IMG/VR virus record: IMGVR_UViG_3300046096_000174
Span: 8,024-72,023 of that record
Direction: 5' to 3' (one strand)
Source of the DNA: a virus
Lineage: Duplodnaviria > Heunggongvirae > Uroviricota > Caudoviricetes
Length of the DNA: 64,000 nt
Position 1 is the stretch's first letter, and each line of letters starts with the position of its first letter. A model generated the notes under the pieces. That model had not been told where the DNA came from. It was given only the letters and a program-made list of their open reading frames with translations, and did not search any database. Both the position numbers and the translations under genes were made by a program. Of the stretch, positions 1-9,764 are shown in pieces.

Positions 1-3000
1 TTAATCCACGGTTAGAATTAGTTTGTGATGGTAATCCAGAGGCAACAGTAACTGCTGGCCCTTGGGCTGAATCTATTTCAACAGAGCATGTTGATTATGT
101 TACTGTAGCACTACACTTCCCACAAGGTTTACGTAAGATTAAATCTAAGGGTGATGGTGCTGGCAATAGTTATACAGCTCCAACTACCTTCGAGTTTGGT
201 GTTTATTACTCAGGTGATTGGCACAGTCTAGGTACAGTCGTGTTAGGTGCAGATGCAGCCAAGAAGGATGCCTTCACTTACACGCAATCCTTTTACGGGT
301 CTGTTGCTTTCCCAGTCACAAACGAAGGTTTAACAATTCGAGTTCGTAGAAACACTGGCGATAATACTGAAGATAATCCTGACTACAGATACTACCATCA
401 AGCTTACTTACAGACAGTAACTTTTACTCGTAATGCAAAACCTGCATTAGACCCTAACGGTTGCAAGATTGCAAAATCAGCTTTCAAGATTAAAGCAACT
501 GACCAGTTAAATGGTTCTATCGAAGGTATTAACGCAATTGTTCAAACATATACAAAAGATTGGAATGGTTCTGCTTGGGTTCTTAACTCAACAAATAACC
601 CTGCATCTTTATTCCGCTATGTATTAGAGCATCCAGCTAATGCTCAAAAGATTACTAACACCAACAAGTTTGACTTAGTTCAGTTACAGCACTGGCATGC
701 ATACTGTGCAGCTAAGGGTTTTACCTTCAATTCAGTATTAGGTACTCAGAAGAGCTTATTAGAGGTCTTACGAGATATTTGTGCTGCAGGTAGAGCTAGT
801 CCAGCCCTTGTGGATGGTAAGTGGACAGTAACTATTGACGAAGAGAAGGCTAACGTAATCCAGCATTTCACACCGCACAACAGTTGGGATTTTGAATCCT
901 CAAAAGCTTTACCTAGAATTCCAGACGGATTAAGAGTAACGTACTTTGACGAAGACCAGAATTACCAAGAGAGTGAAGTAATCGTATATGCTACTGGTAA
1001 GAATAGCAGTAATTCCTCTGTATTTGAATCCATTCAGTTACCGGGCGTTACTAAGAAAGCTAACGTAATTGACCACGCAAGATGGCATATTGCTCAAGCT
1101 AAACTCCGTCCTGAACTCTATACATTAAATACAGATATTGAATATCTTGTTTGTAATAGAGGTGACCGAGTAAAAGTAGCTCACGATATTCCTATGTGGG
1201 GTGTTGGTAGTGGTCGTATTAAGAATAAGCTTTCTAATGTTATTTTAGAACTTGATGAACCTCAAGAATATAGCTCAACTAAGAACTATGTTATTCGCGT
1301 AAGAGGTTCTGACGGTAGCAGCACAGTTCGTAATATCGTACCTTTCAGCACTATTATCAGTCACGATGTAACCGATGGAATTACCACTGTTGTTTTTGAT
1401 GCGATGCATCAATTCTCTGTAGGTCAAACTGTTATTCTCAATATGCAGAATGACGAAAACTTTGTGAATATTCCAGTAACTATTACAGCAATTACAGATA
1501 CAACTATTAGTTATGACTTAAATGAAGGTGAACACGAAAGTGCTGTTTCCTATGGTACAGTTAAATACGCAGACGGTTTTATTGACAAGGTAAAAGTTTC
1601 TGCATCAGTAACAGACGCTGAAGCTGACGATTTAGATTTATTCATCTTCGGTGAATTAGCCTCTGATTCTCAAGACTTAATCGTACTGAGTATTGAACCT
1701 ACAACAAACAAGTCAGCTCGATTAACCTTAATTGATTATGGTGTAACACCAACTTATAATATCTTCACTGATTATTTAAGTTTAACTGAAAGTGTAGTAT
1801 TTGAATCTCAAATTACATTGCCAGCTAAGTTACAAATTGAAAGTTTCAAGCCAGAGCAGATTCCATTTATTACTAAGTTTACTAGTGACGAATCTGTAAT
1901 GGAAAGAATTGCTGCAGGTGTATTTAAATACAACTTGAAATTATCTTATTCAAATGTCACAGGTCTACCTAAAACTGCCGATAAGGTACAAGTACAGTTC
2001 GACTTAGCTGGTGCTACAGATTCGCTAAACCAGCGCATAGTTACTACAGATTTTATGAAAGGCTCTGTAACTATTCCAGATGTAACTGAGGGTGAAAACT
2101 ACAAGTTACGCATTCGTTACATCTCAACTGAGAATAGAGTAGGTACTTGGTCTGAATGGGTGGATACTACGATTGTAGGTAAGACAACCCGACCTAGTAC
2201 TGTTACAAATTTCACAGCTTTGCCTGATATCACTACAGGAAAATTAGACCTAACTTGGGATAATAACACTGAGATTGATATTAAAGGCTATGAAGTACGT
2301 ATAGAAGATACTGGATGGGGTACAAACATTAATCGAGTATTCTACGGTTCTACTAATACGTGCATTGCCGCGCCAGAAGATTCAGGACAGACTAACACGT
2401 ATTTTATCAGAGCCTTCGATTATGGTAATAACTACGCAGATGTAAGTGCCAGTTTAGTATATACTGCACCTACTCCAACTAGTGCTACTAATTTACGTTA
2501 CGTATATGGTACGACCAGTAATACAAACTCTACCGTAACATTTAGTTGGGATGCGGCTGTAGGCTCTTTCTTTAATATTAAAAGTTATATTGTTAAAGTC
2601 AGCCGACCAGAAACACCTGATGAAATTGTTGCAACAGCTAGTACTTCGTTTACTACAAGAGCTGATTGGTTAGGTAACGCTATTCTTTCTGTAACATCTG
2701 TAGATGCTGCAGGTAGTGAAAGTATCCCTGCTGAATTAACTATTCCCAAGTATGCTCCAGACAGTTTAGTTTCATTAGCAACAGAGGTTGTAGACAACAA
2801 CGTATTACTCCGTTGGGTATTACCAGCCACTACAAGCTTACCTGTATCACATGTGACTATCCGTAGGGGTGCTACATGGGAAGCTGCAGACAAAGATATT
2901 GGTACAAAGAACGGTACGTTCACGACAGTTTTCGAACTTTCAGGTGGGCGTTATACTTATTGGATTGCAACTGTTGATACAGATAATAGAGAATCAGAAC

Positions 3001-3953
3001 CAATAGCTGTTTCAGTTACGGTTTCTCAACCTCCTGACTTCGTATTCAACGCTGAGTATGTAAGTGATTTCTCTGGTACAAAAGTTAATACAACTCCAGT
3101 AGTTAATACCAGTGGTTTATTAATGCTTGTCGATACAACTGAAACTTGGTCAGAGCATTTTACATCTAACTCATGGGATACACCTCAAGAACAAATTGAT
3201 GCGGGTTATGCATATTATGCACTCCCTGCAGGTTCTTTAGCAAGTTATCAAGAGGTATTTGATTATGGTCAGACACTTGCAAGCAGTAGTATTACAGTCA
3301 GCCGATTAGGTACAATCATTTCAGGTTTCCCTACAGTTTATTCTGAGATTGAAACCAGTTTAGATGGTTCCTCATGGACTACACCTCAAGCAGTAGATGC
3401 ACTTTTTGCTTTCAACTTTAGATATATCCGAATTACTGTTAAAGCTACAGCCAATAGTGACCAAGATTTATTCACCTTAACCCATTTGGTAGTTCGTTTA
3501 GATAATAAACAGATTACGGATTCAGGTAATGTTGAGGCCTTGAGTACAGATACAGTAGGTACAATTGTGAACTTTAACAAAGAGGTTATCGATGTTCAAA
3601 GTATCACCTTAACACCTGCAGGTACTACACCATTGTCAGCTGTGTATGATTTTAAAGACAGCGTTCAATCAGGAACTTACTCAACTACTTCAGAAGTTTG
3701 TACCGTAAACATTACAAGTCATGGTTTAGAAACTGGACAGAAGGTTAGATTAGCCTTCTTAACAGGTATCGGTGATAGTGGTGTTTACACTGTTACTAAG
3801 ATTACAGCCAACCAGTTTACCGTCAGCGTAACAACTGAAGATTCTTCAGGAACGCTTTCAGCTTATGCTCAGTCTATGAGAGTATATGCATTCAATTCAA
3901 CAAACGGCTCAAGGCAATCTGCTAAAGTTAGCTGGCAAATTAGAGGATATTAA
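1..3953 (+). CDS. Tail fibre / host-specificity protein (gpJ-like, FN3-like repeats), 5' partial. The frame is open from base 3; the track ORF 240..3953 is only the first in-window Met.
   Basis: Continuous open frame from the window start. The >1237 aa protein has repeated beta-rich FN3-like segments (TWDNNTEIDIKGYEVRIED, SWDAAVGSFFNIKSYIVKV). It lies directly upstream of a repeat-containing fibre gene and the lysis cassette. Confidence 0.55.
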   Translation, partial: NPRLELVCDGNPEATVTAGPWAESISTEHVDYVTVALHFPQGLRKIKSKGDGAGNSYTAPTTFEFGVYYSGDWHSLGTVVLGADAAKKDAFTYTQSFYGSVAFPVTNEGLTIRVRRNTGDNTEDNPDYRYYHQAYLQTVTFTRNAKPALDPNGCKIAKSAFKIKATDQLNGSIEGINAIVQTYTKDWNGSAWVLNSTNNPASLFRYVLEHPANAQKITNTNKFDLVQLQHWHAYCAAKGFTFNSVLGTQKSLLEVLRDICAAGRASPALVDGKWTVTIDEEKANVIQHFTPHNSWDFESSKALPRIPDGLRVTYFDEDQNYQESEVIVYATGKNSSNSSVFESIQLPGVTKKANVIDHARWHIAQAKLRPELYTLNTDIEYLVCNRGDRVKVAHDIPMWGVGSGRIKNKLSNVILELDEPQEYSSTKNYVIRVRGSDGSSTVRNIVPFSTIISHDVTDGITTVVFDAMHQFSVGQTVILNMQNDENFVNIPVTITAITDTTISYDLNEGEHESAVSYGTVKYADGFIDKVKVSASVTDAEADDLDLFIFGELASDSQDLIVLSIEPTTNKSARLTLIDYGVTPTYNIFTDYLSLTESVVFESQITLPAKLQIESFKPEQIPFITKFTSDESVMERIAAGVFKYNLKLSYSNVTGLPKTADKVQVQFDLAGATDSLNQRIVTTDFMKGSVTIPDVTEGENYKLRIRYISTENRVGTWSEWVDTTIVGKTTRPSTVTNFTALPDITTGKLDLTWDNNTEIDIKGYEVRIEDTGWGTNINRVFYGSTNTCIAAPEDSGQTNTYFIRAFDYGNNYADVSASLVYTAPTPTSATNLRYVYGTTSNTNSTVTFSWDAAVGSFFNIKSYIVKVSRPETPDEIVATASTSFTTRADWLGNAILSVTSVDAAGSESIPAELTIPKYAPDSLVSLATEVVDNNVLLRWVLPATTSLPVSHVTIRRGATWEAADKDIGTKNGTFTTVFELSGGRYTYWIATVDTDNRESEPIAVSVTVSQPPDFVFNAEYVSDFSGTKVNTTPVVNTSGLLMLVDTTETWSEHFTSNSWDTPQEQIDAGYAYYALPAGSLASYQEVFDYGQTLASSSITVSRLGTIISGFPTVYSEIETSLDGSSWTTPQAVDALFAFNFRYIRITVKATANSDQDLFTLTHLVVRLDNKQITDSGNVEALSTDTVGTIVNFNKEVIDVQSITLTPAGTTPLSAVYDFKDSVQSGTYSTTSEVCTVNITSHGLETGQKVRLAFLTGIGDSGVYTVTKITANQFTVSVTTEDSSGTLSAYAQSMRVYAFNSTNGSRQSAKVSWQIRGY

Positions 3954-3956
3954 AAT

Positions 3957-4721
3957 ATGGCAAATCATAATTTACCTACGCAAACTAGCGGGTACTTGGA
4001 TTTCGTTACTCAAATGGACGCACGATTTGACGATTTAGCAAGGGGGTTAGACCCCGCTAAGTCGCCAGTTGGTGACCCAACTATTAGTAACCTTCCAGTT
4101 GATTCTATCAGCTGGAGTAGCGAGAATAAGAAGTGGCGTAGATGGAACGGTTCTACTTGGGTATCATTAGTAACAGATGATATCTACAGTATTAGTATCT
4201 CAGGTAATGCTGCTACTGTTACTAACGGGGTATATACCAGCGGCGCACAGACAATCACAGGTATTAAGACATTTAGTAGCACTATCGTTGGTTCTATCAA
4301 TGGTAATGCTGCTACTGTTACTAACGGTGTATATACATCAGGTGACCAAACTATCGCAGGTATCAAAACCTTCAGTAGTACTATCGTTGGTTCTATCAAC
4401 GGTAATGCTGCTACTGTTACTGGAGGTGTTTACACTTCTGGTGACCAAACGATTGCTGGCACTAAAACATTCAGCTCTAAGATTACTGGCTCAATCAGTG
4501 GTAACTGTGACGGTAATGCAGCAACGGCTACTACAGCTGGTTCTGCTACTACTGCTACTACTGCCACATCAGCTGGAAGATTAGCAACTACAGGTTGGGT
4601 TGTTGAAGAAGTTGGTACAGTGCTGCAGTTTAAATACGGCGGTAATATCAAGATGACATTAGATGCAGATGGTAACATTAAAGCTCTCGGTGATATCGAA
4701 GCATTTAGCGAAACATTGTAA
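3957..4721 (+). CDS. Tail fibre protein with three tandem 33-aa repeats (GNAATVT-NGVYTSGDQTIAGIKTFSSTIVGSIN).
   Basis: RBS-like ggatattaaaatATG. The internal 99-bp tandem repeat creates spurious overlapping ORFs in other frames. A Thr/Ala/Gly-rich C-terminus is typical of distal fibre proteins. Confidence 0.6.
   Translation: MANHNLPTQTSGYLDFVTQMDARFDDLARGLDPAKSPVGDPTISNLPVDSISWSSENKKWRRWNGSTWVSLVTDDIYSISISGNAATVTNGVYTSGAQTITGIKTFSSTIVGSINGNAATVTNGVYTSGDQTIAGIKTFSSTIVGSINGNAATVTGGVYTSGDQTIAGTKTFSSKITGSISGNCDGNAATATTAGSATTATTATSAGRLATTGWVVEEVGTVLQFKYGGNIKMTLDADGNIKALGDIEAFSETL
4203..4499. repeat. 3 x 99-bp in-frame tandem repeat inside the tail fibre gene
   Basis: Copies start at 4203, 4302 and 4401, each ggtaatgctgctactgttactaacgg...gttggttctatcaay. 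Copy positions were derived from the protein repeat index. Confidence 0.85.
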
Positions 4722-4745
4722 TTTTAAGTAAAGGGAGTTAGTTAT

Positions 4746-4973
4746 ATGCACGAGCAGTTAGAGCATAGAGTTATTAAGCTAGAATTGAAAGTCGAAGACC
4801 ACACTACAGAACTGAAGAAACTTCAGGATATCTCTATTGACCTTCGAAGTTCATTATCTGGTATTGAGAAAACATTAAACCAAATTAAATATTTAGCAAT
4901 GGGGGCGGTACTTGTGATTCTTACACAATCAATGGGTATCACCAATGTTCTTAAAATGGCAGTTGGTCTATAA
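4746..4973 (+). CDS. Small membrane protein (holin/antiholin candidate)
   Basis: RBS taaagggag before the ATG. N-terminal coiled-coil and a C-terminal hydrophobic helix (YLAMGAVLVILTQSMGITNVL). Sits immediately upstream of the lysis genes. Confidence 0.35.
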   Translation: MHEQLEHRVIKLELKVEDHTTELKKLQDISIDLRSSLSGIEKTLNQIKYLAMGAVLVILTQSMGITNVLKMAVGL

Positions 4974-4986
4974 TAAAGGAGAATTT

Positions 4987-5481
4987 ATGTTACCTCTTAT
5001 TGCAGGTATCGTAAGTTCTCTTCTCGCTAATAATCTCCCTAAGGTAGCCCAAGCGGTTATTGATAAAGGTGTTGATTACGTAGAAGAGAAAACTGGTATC
5101 AAATTAGAACCAGATATGACAAACGAGAAAATCGCAGCTTTAAAACTTGAATTGCAAAAGCATGAAGAGTTTCAAACCGCTGAGGATAACAAAAATACAG
5201 CAAGTGCAAGAGACATGAACGCTAAAATCCAAGAGGCAGCTTCTGCTTCTAGTTTAGCTAAGAATGCCGCTTATATTCTGGATTTCGTTATTGTCGCTGC
5301 AGCTGTAATCGTATCTTGGTTAGCATTCTTCAAGGGTGTGCCTCCAGAGAATAAAGAGATTGTTTACATGGCCTTAGGTTCTTTATGGACTTTAACAGGG
5401 ACTATTATTAACTTTCACCGAGGCTCTAGCAGGAACTCACAGGTCAAGGATGAAACAATTAGCAAATTGACAAAACTATGA
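4987..5481 (+). CDS. Membrane protein, holin candidate (start moved to Met15 of track ORF 4945..5481)
   Basis: RBS taaaggagaatttATG. Two hydrophobic segments (LPLIAGIVSSLL; FVIVAAAVIVSWLAFF). Overlaps the endolysin start by ATGA. Confidence 0.4.
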   Translation: MLPLIAGIVSSLLANNLPKVAQAVIDKGVDYVEEKTGIKLEPDMTNEKIAALKLELQKHEEFQTAEDNKNTASARDMNAKIQEAASASSLAKNAAYILDFVIVAAAVIVSWLAFFKGVPPENKEIVYMALGSLWTLTGTIINFHRGSSRNSQVKDETISKLTKL

Positions 5482-5846
5482 AGTACGTTCTATCACAAAA
5501 GTCCCTTGATAAGCTTCAAGGGGTAGATGAGCGCCTTGTAAGGGTTGTAAAACGGGCTATAGCCATCACCAACGTGGATTTCACAGTAGGTGAAGGGGTA
5601 CGTAGCCTAGAGCGTCAAAAGGTCCTTGTAATCCAAGGCAAGAGTCAGACAATGAAATCAAAGCATTTAGTTGGTCTTGCTGTTGACTTGTGGGTTCTAA
5701 AGGATGGCGTTATCACTTGGGACAAACAAGCCTATATTGATTTTGCACCTATTATGAAGCAAGCTGCTAAAGAAGAAGGTGTAGAGATTAGATGGGGAGG
5801 CGATTTCAAAAGCTTCTTCGATGGTCCTCACTTTGAATTAGTATAA
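5478..5846 (+). CDS. Endolysin, peptidase M15 (VanY-like L-alanyl-D-glutamate peptidase)
   Basis: Motifs SKHLVGLAVDL (His-x6-Asp zinc ligands) and GGDF...GPHFEL at the C-terminus are typical of M15 phage endolysins, for example the T5 endolysin. Confidence 0.7.
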   Translation: MKYVLSQKSLDKLQGVDERLVRVVKRAIAITNVDFTVGEGVRSLERQKVLVIQGKSQTMKSKHLVGLAVDLWVLKDGVITWDKQAYIDFAPIMKQAAKEEGVEIRWGGDFKSFFDGPHFELV

Positions 5847-5892
5847 CAGGTTGAATAAGACCTAATAAGTCTTGTTATAGCTTATAACAGAC

Positions 5893-5945
5893 AAAATAAA
5901 ACCCCTTAGCGGATTCCTTTCGGTTTCTACTAAGGGGATTTTTTA
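5893..5945. terminator. Bidirectional rho-independent terminator between the convergent + and - blocks
   Basis: An 8-bp stem CCCCTTAG(5902-5909)/CTAAGGGG(5930-5937) is flanked by an A-run on the left and a T-run on the right. Confidence 0.6.
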
Positions 5946-5954
5946 CGTCTGTAC

Positions 5955-6224
5955 TTATTGTAAGTGCAAGACTGCGGAACTGCCTGATTTATCCTCAGGC
6001 GTATAATGCAAGCTGGCTAACGCATCACGATAGCCTTCTTTGTAAGCAGCTTCATAAGCACCTTTAATCCAGTCAGTTAAGAATCGATTTAAGGTGTCTG
6101 GTTTTTCAGCTGCTATTTGTGCCCATTGAAAACAGCGTTCAGCTTTAAACTGAAAGCCATCCTCACAGTCCCAAAACCATTCTTCGAATTTATCTTCAAT
6201 TCGTTTGTTCGTTTTCACGCACAA
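5955..6224 (-). CDS. Hypothetical protein (Trp/Phe-rich)
   Basis: ORF with tight packing and a 10-nt overlap with the upstream thioredoxin gene. Confidence 0.4.
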   Translation of the reverse strand: MCVKTNKRIEDKFEEWFWDCEDGFQFKAERCFQWAQIAAEKPDTLNRFLTDWIKGAYEAAYKEGYRDALASLHYTPEDKSGSSAVLHLQ

Positions 6225-6460
6225 AACTCCTGCAACTGAGAAGCTGTCATAGCGCCACTAGAACGCTTGATAACCTGATTATCTTCCATCAGTAATACCG
6301 TAGGGACACCTCGCACTGCAAACTCTCTAGCAGCCTCCATATCCTCATCAATATCGATGGTTTTAATCTGCGCTACAGGTAGAGGCAAATCCTGCATAGT
6401 CATTGCCAATGATTTACATGGACCGCACCATGACGCTTTAAATACAACTAGATGTTTCAT
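6215..6460 (-). CDS. Thioredoxin/glutaredoxin-like protein (NrdC/NrdH-type), start at Met18 of the track ORF
   Basis: WCGPCK active-site motif. RBS AAAGGAG (revcomp of 6461-6470). Lies immediately downstream of nrdA. Confidence 0.7.
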   Translation of the reverse strand: MKHLVVFKASWCGPCKSLAMTMQDLPLPVAQIKTIDIDEDMEAAREFAVRGVPTVLLMEDNQVIKRSSGAMTASQLQEFCA

Positions 6461-6470
6461 ACTAACTCCT

Positions 6471-8174
6471 TTATTGACATGCTTCACATTCACCTTTAGC
6501 TGCTTGAACACCAGCCTGAGTGTAAATGTAGTATAACGCTAAAATGCTTTCATCGTGAAAAGCTTCTTTATGAACTTCCGCAATCCAAGCAGGGTCTTCG
6601 TCAGCAGCAAAGAACAGGTTCAATGATTGCCATTGGTCGATGTACTTGCTACGTGCTGAAGCTAATCTTAACACAGCTTTCTGGTTAATTTCAAAAGCTG
6701 TTTTAAACACATTTTTCTCTTCGGCTGTCAACCATTCAACATGCTGTACAGAGCCTTGCTTATCGGTAATCTCTTGTACGTGTTTCTTAGTATATACACC
6801 CTTAGACTTCATTAGACCAAGTAGTACAGGATTCAAACGGTCAATCTCACCAGCTGCAGTCATTTGATTGTAGCTCATAGCAGGGTCAGGATTAATACCT
6901 TCAGAGATACCACCCATTAACAACGCTGTAGACTTTGTAGGAGCAATTGCAATACGGTGAGTATTACGTACACCATAACCTTTGCACCACTCTGGTTCAC
7001 CTAGAATTAAAGCTAAGTCTTGAGTTGCACGTAAGGATTCTTTATCAATATGCGCTTGAATTTCTTGACTTAACATATGAGCATCAAACGATTCGAATGG
7101 CAACATATTCTGCATAAACAGTGTATGGATACCGCACAAACCTAAACCTAATGCACGACTCTTTTCAGTAAAGCGTACCGCCTTCTCTAATCCCTTAATA
7201 TCCTTAGCTCGTTCAATAAATTCACTAGCAACACAATCTAAGAATACTGTAGCCCAATAAGCGGCTTCGGTAGACTTCCATTCATGCCATTTAGAGCCAT
7301 TCATTGAAGATAGAACACAAGTATAGGTATGCTCTAAATCGTTGAATAACATAATCTCAGAACAAAGCTGAGAGTTATTAATCATCAAGCCCAAGTCTTT
7401 ATACATTGCTGGACGTTTAGCATTGGCCTTATCGATAAAGAAAAAGTATCCTTTACCAGTGACCATCTTAACCTTCATGGCAGATTGGAAACGATTCAAA
7501 GCTTCTGCATCACCAGCATTTAGACGGTCAATAAACGATTGTCGAATAGTCCATCCAATATTTAAATCATCAGGCTCTGAAGAGATAAGGTCAACTACTT
7601 CTTGGAAATCACCATGTTCAATATCAAGATAGCAAGCCCATGCACCTCTACGTGCAGTACCTTGTGCAATATTACGCATAGCATTAACGTGTTCTTTAAT
7701 GACAGGAATAACGCCAGAAGCTTTGCCACCTACGCTAATCTTAGAACCACGAGGACGTACATGAGAGAAGTCACTAGCTGTACCAAAACCATGCTTAGTT
7801 AACGTAGCTACTTCATGTAAGTTACTGTAGAAACCATCGACTGAATCACCAACCACTGTACCAGAGCAAGATACTGGCATACCACGAGTAGTACCCATGT
7901 TAGCCAACACTGGTGTAGAGGGGCTTAACCAGCCTTTCCAAAATAAATTAAAGAACTCAGCTTCAGCTGTAGCTTGGAAATCAGCAGGTAAGTGTTTAAC
8001 TGCAGTCTTAGCAATGCGCTCAAACTGTCCACGAATGGAACGCCCGTTTGTTTCATACTCATATTTATCCTTAAACATTTGGTAGCCAGCTGTGGTGTAC
8101 CATTCAGGAACTAAGCCCTTCTCTTGTAACTCTTTACGCTCTTCACTTAACTTCTTGTAAATATTGTCTGTCAT
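6471..8174 (-). CDS. nrdA: Ribonucleotide reductase class I large subunit
   Basis: Motifs NSQLCSEI and GLGLCGIHTLF with a C-terminal Cys pair (ECEACQ). Start set to ATG at 8174 (Met32 of the track ORF), giving a TAAGATG junction with nrdB. Confidence 0.8.
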   Translation of the reverse strand: MTDNIYKKLSEERKELQEKGLVPEWYTTAGYQMFKDKYEYETNGRSIRGQFERIAKTAVKHLPADFQATAEAEFFNLFWKGWLSPSTPVLANMGTTRGMPVSCSGTVVGDSVDGFYSNLHEVATLTKHGFGTASDFSHVRPRGSKISVGGKASGVIPVIKEHVNAMRNIAQGTARRGAWACYLDIEHGDFQEVVDLISSEPDDLNIGWTIRQSFIDRLNAGDAEALNRFQSAMKVKMVTGKGYFFFIDKANAKRPAMYKDLGLMINNSQLCSEIMLFNDLEHTYTCVLSSMNGSKWHEWKSTEAAYWATVFLDCVASEFIERAKDIKGLEKAVRFTEKSRALGLGLCGIHTLFMQNMLPFESFDAHMLSQEIQAHIDKESLRATQDLALILGEPEWCKGYGVRNTHRIAIAPTKSTALLMGGISEGINPDPAMSYNQMTAAGEIDRLNPVLLGLMKSKGVYTKKHVQEITDKQGSVQHVEWLTAEEKNVFKTAFEINQKAVLRLASARSKYIDQWQSLNLFFAADEDPAWIAEVHKEAFHDESILALYYIYTQAGVQAAKGECEACQ

Positions 8175-8175
8175 C

Positions 8176-9159
8176 TTATTCCTTATTCCATACGAACGCT
8201 GAACTGTCCCAATTACGATGATATTGATTACCCATGCCGCTAAAGAAATCGTTGAAAGTATAATCATTAATACCCTTGTAGAACCACTCAGAAATCGGAT
8301 TATACTTTACATCATACTCTTTTCCAAAACCTAAAGTCTTCAAGCATTCGTTTACACGAGACTGCACAAAGTTCTCTAGTTGGTGAGCAGTGATACCTTT
8401 GATTTCACCCTTCTCAAATAGCATAGCAATAATCTGACACTCATGCTCATAAATCTTCTTAGCTACTTCACGAACTTGAGATTCAATAGCTAATTTATGC
8501 AATTCAAAAGCCTCAGGTGTTAGCTCTTGCTTTAATTGCTCAAGCTTATACTTGAAAGCCCATGCACCACCTTGTGAATGCATATTCTCATCACGCACTG
8601 AGAAGTTAATACCCCGTACAATATTCATTAACTTATTCTTGCCTTGGGATTGGTAATGCTTCAAGAAAGCAAATGAACTGTACAGGATAACACCCTCTAC
8701 CATTGAGAAGGCTGCTAATGAAATTAAGTCATCCTTATGGTCAATAATCTCACCGATGTGTGCAACACGGTCCTTCAATACAGGGTTATCCAAATAGGAC
8801 ATATAGAACTCTGGAGTATCAATATGCAACAGTTGGTTAATCTTATTGTAGAACGGAGCATGCACAGCTAATTCAAACATAGAGAAGACAGAAGCCATGC
8901 GGTGAAACTCGGCTCCGTCAAACATATCTTTAAAGCGCCCACCCCAATATTCAGAACCAGCATGTGTTTCATAAATACTAAACAATTTCAAGGTAGTGAT
9001 AACAGCATGCTTTTCAGCCTCTGTGAAGTTCACTAACACATCTTGTACATCTTTCTCTACCTTAATTTCGTCAGGTAACCAGAACACTTTTAACTGTTGG
9101 TCTGCAAACTCCACAGGCTCTGGTCTTTCATTAATCGGTAGCAGGTACTTTTCTAACAT
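8176..9159 (-). CDS. nrdB: Ribonucleotide reductase class I small subunit
   Basis: Ferritin-like di-iron motifs (EAEKHAV...; SVRDENMHS; VEGVILYSSFAFL). Confidence 0.8.
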   Translation of the reverse strand: MLEKYLLPINERPEPVEFADQQLKVFWLPDEIKVEKDVQDVLVNFTEAEKHAVITTLKLFSIYETHAGSEYWGGRFKDMFDGAEFHRMASVFSMFELAVHAPFYNKINQLLHIDTPEFYMSYLDNPVLKDRVAHIGEIIDHKDDLISLAAFSMVEGVILYSSFAFLKHYQSQGKNKLMNIVRGINFSVRDENMHSQGGAWAFKYKLEQLKQELTPEAFELHKLAIESQVREVAKKIYEHECQIIAMLFEKGEIKGITAHQLENFVQSRVNECLKTLGFGKEYDVKYNPISEWFYKGINDYTFNDFFSGMGNQYHRNWDSSAFVWNKE

Positions 9160-9161
9160 TA

Positions 9162-9584
9162 TTATTCCTCTTCGTCTTTTACTACATTGTAGCGGTCACG
9201 AGCCTCAAGTGAATCTTGAGCATCTTGTGTAAGATTCTTACTTCGATATAAATCTTCTAGAATCTTACTACCGCTGGCTTTATCAATTGCTTCCTTACTA
9301 GCGTAACCGCTATATAACCAAGCTTCATCTAATCTCTCTTCACCAACCCACCGACTGCAAATAACAACTTCATTTAAGCGGTTTCTATGCTGTAAACCAT
9401 CTTGTCGGAAGTAAGGTTTGGTAACGTCCATGCCGCAAGAATGTAAGAAGGATTTGAAGCCTACTTCATTATTTTCGTAGTCACTGGTATAGTTAGGCAT
9501 TACCTTAATAATTTCAGATTCTGAAATAATACACAAGGCTACGATTGAGCTAGGACGAGGTGCGAATTGCATTTTTTTATTCAT
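9162..9584 (-). CDS. Hypothetical protein
   Basis: ORF in operon context downstream of nrdB. No recognisable motif. Confidence 0.4.
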   Translation of the reverse strand: MNKKMQFAPRPSSIVALCIISESEIIKVMPNYTSDYENNEVGFKSFLHSCGMDVTKPYFRQDGLQHRNRLNEVVICSRWVGEERLDEAWLYSGYASKEAIDKASGSKILEDLYRSKNLTQDAQDSLEARDRYNVVKDEEE

Positions 9585-9619
9585 GGTTTACCCTTTATTT
9601 TAAGAGAATAGTGATTATA

Positions 9620-9763
9620 TCACAAGGTTGTTGGGAAATCAAGGTCATCTGTTGGTGTATTTAACACCTGTTTAAACTCCTTGTAAATCTTGATAGAAAC
9701 AATACCCATAAGGATATAGGGAGCTACTAAAATCAAGCAAGCCAAATAAATGAGTACTTCCAT
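9620..9763 (-). CDS. Small membrane protein (start at internal Met)
   Basis: Single TM helix LIYLACLILVAPYILMGIVSI. Trimmed to avoid overlap with the upstream gene. Confidence 0.3.
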   Translation of the reverse strand: MEVLIYLACLILVAPYILMGIVSIKIYKEFKQVLNTPTDDLDFPTTL

Positions 9764-9764
9764 A

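Noticed and set aside
2585-3580. Antisense ORFs 2585..2923 and 3386..3580 within the large tail protein gene
   Set aside because: They are embedded antisense to a long, well-supported CDS and have no RBS. Likely chance frames.
4177-4678. Track ORFs 4177..4584 (+), 4184..4399 (-) and 4430..4678 (-) inside the tail fibre gene
   Set aside because: They are alternative-frame and antisense readings of the 99-bp tandem repeat. Their low-complexity Leu/Val-rich products are artefacts of the repeat.
6471-8267. Track start 8267 for nrdA (598 aa)
   Set aside because: It would overlap nrdB by 92 nt. The N-terminal 31 aa are hydrophobic and unlike NrdA. The ATG at 8174 gives the canonical stop-start junction.
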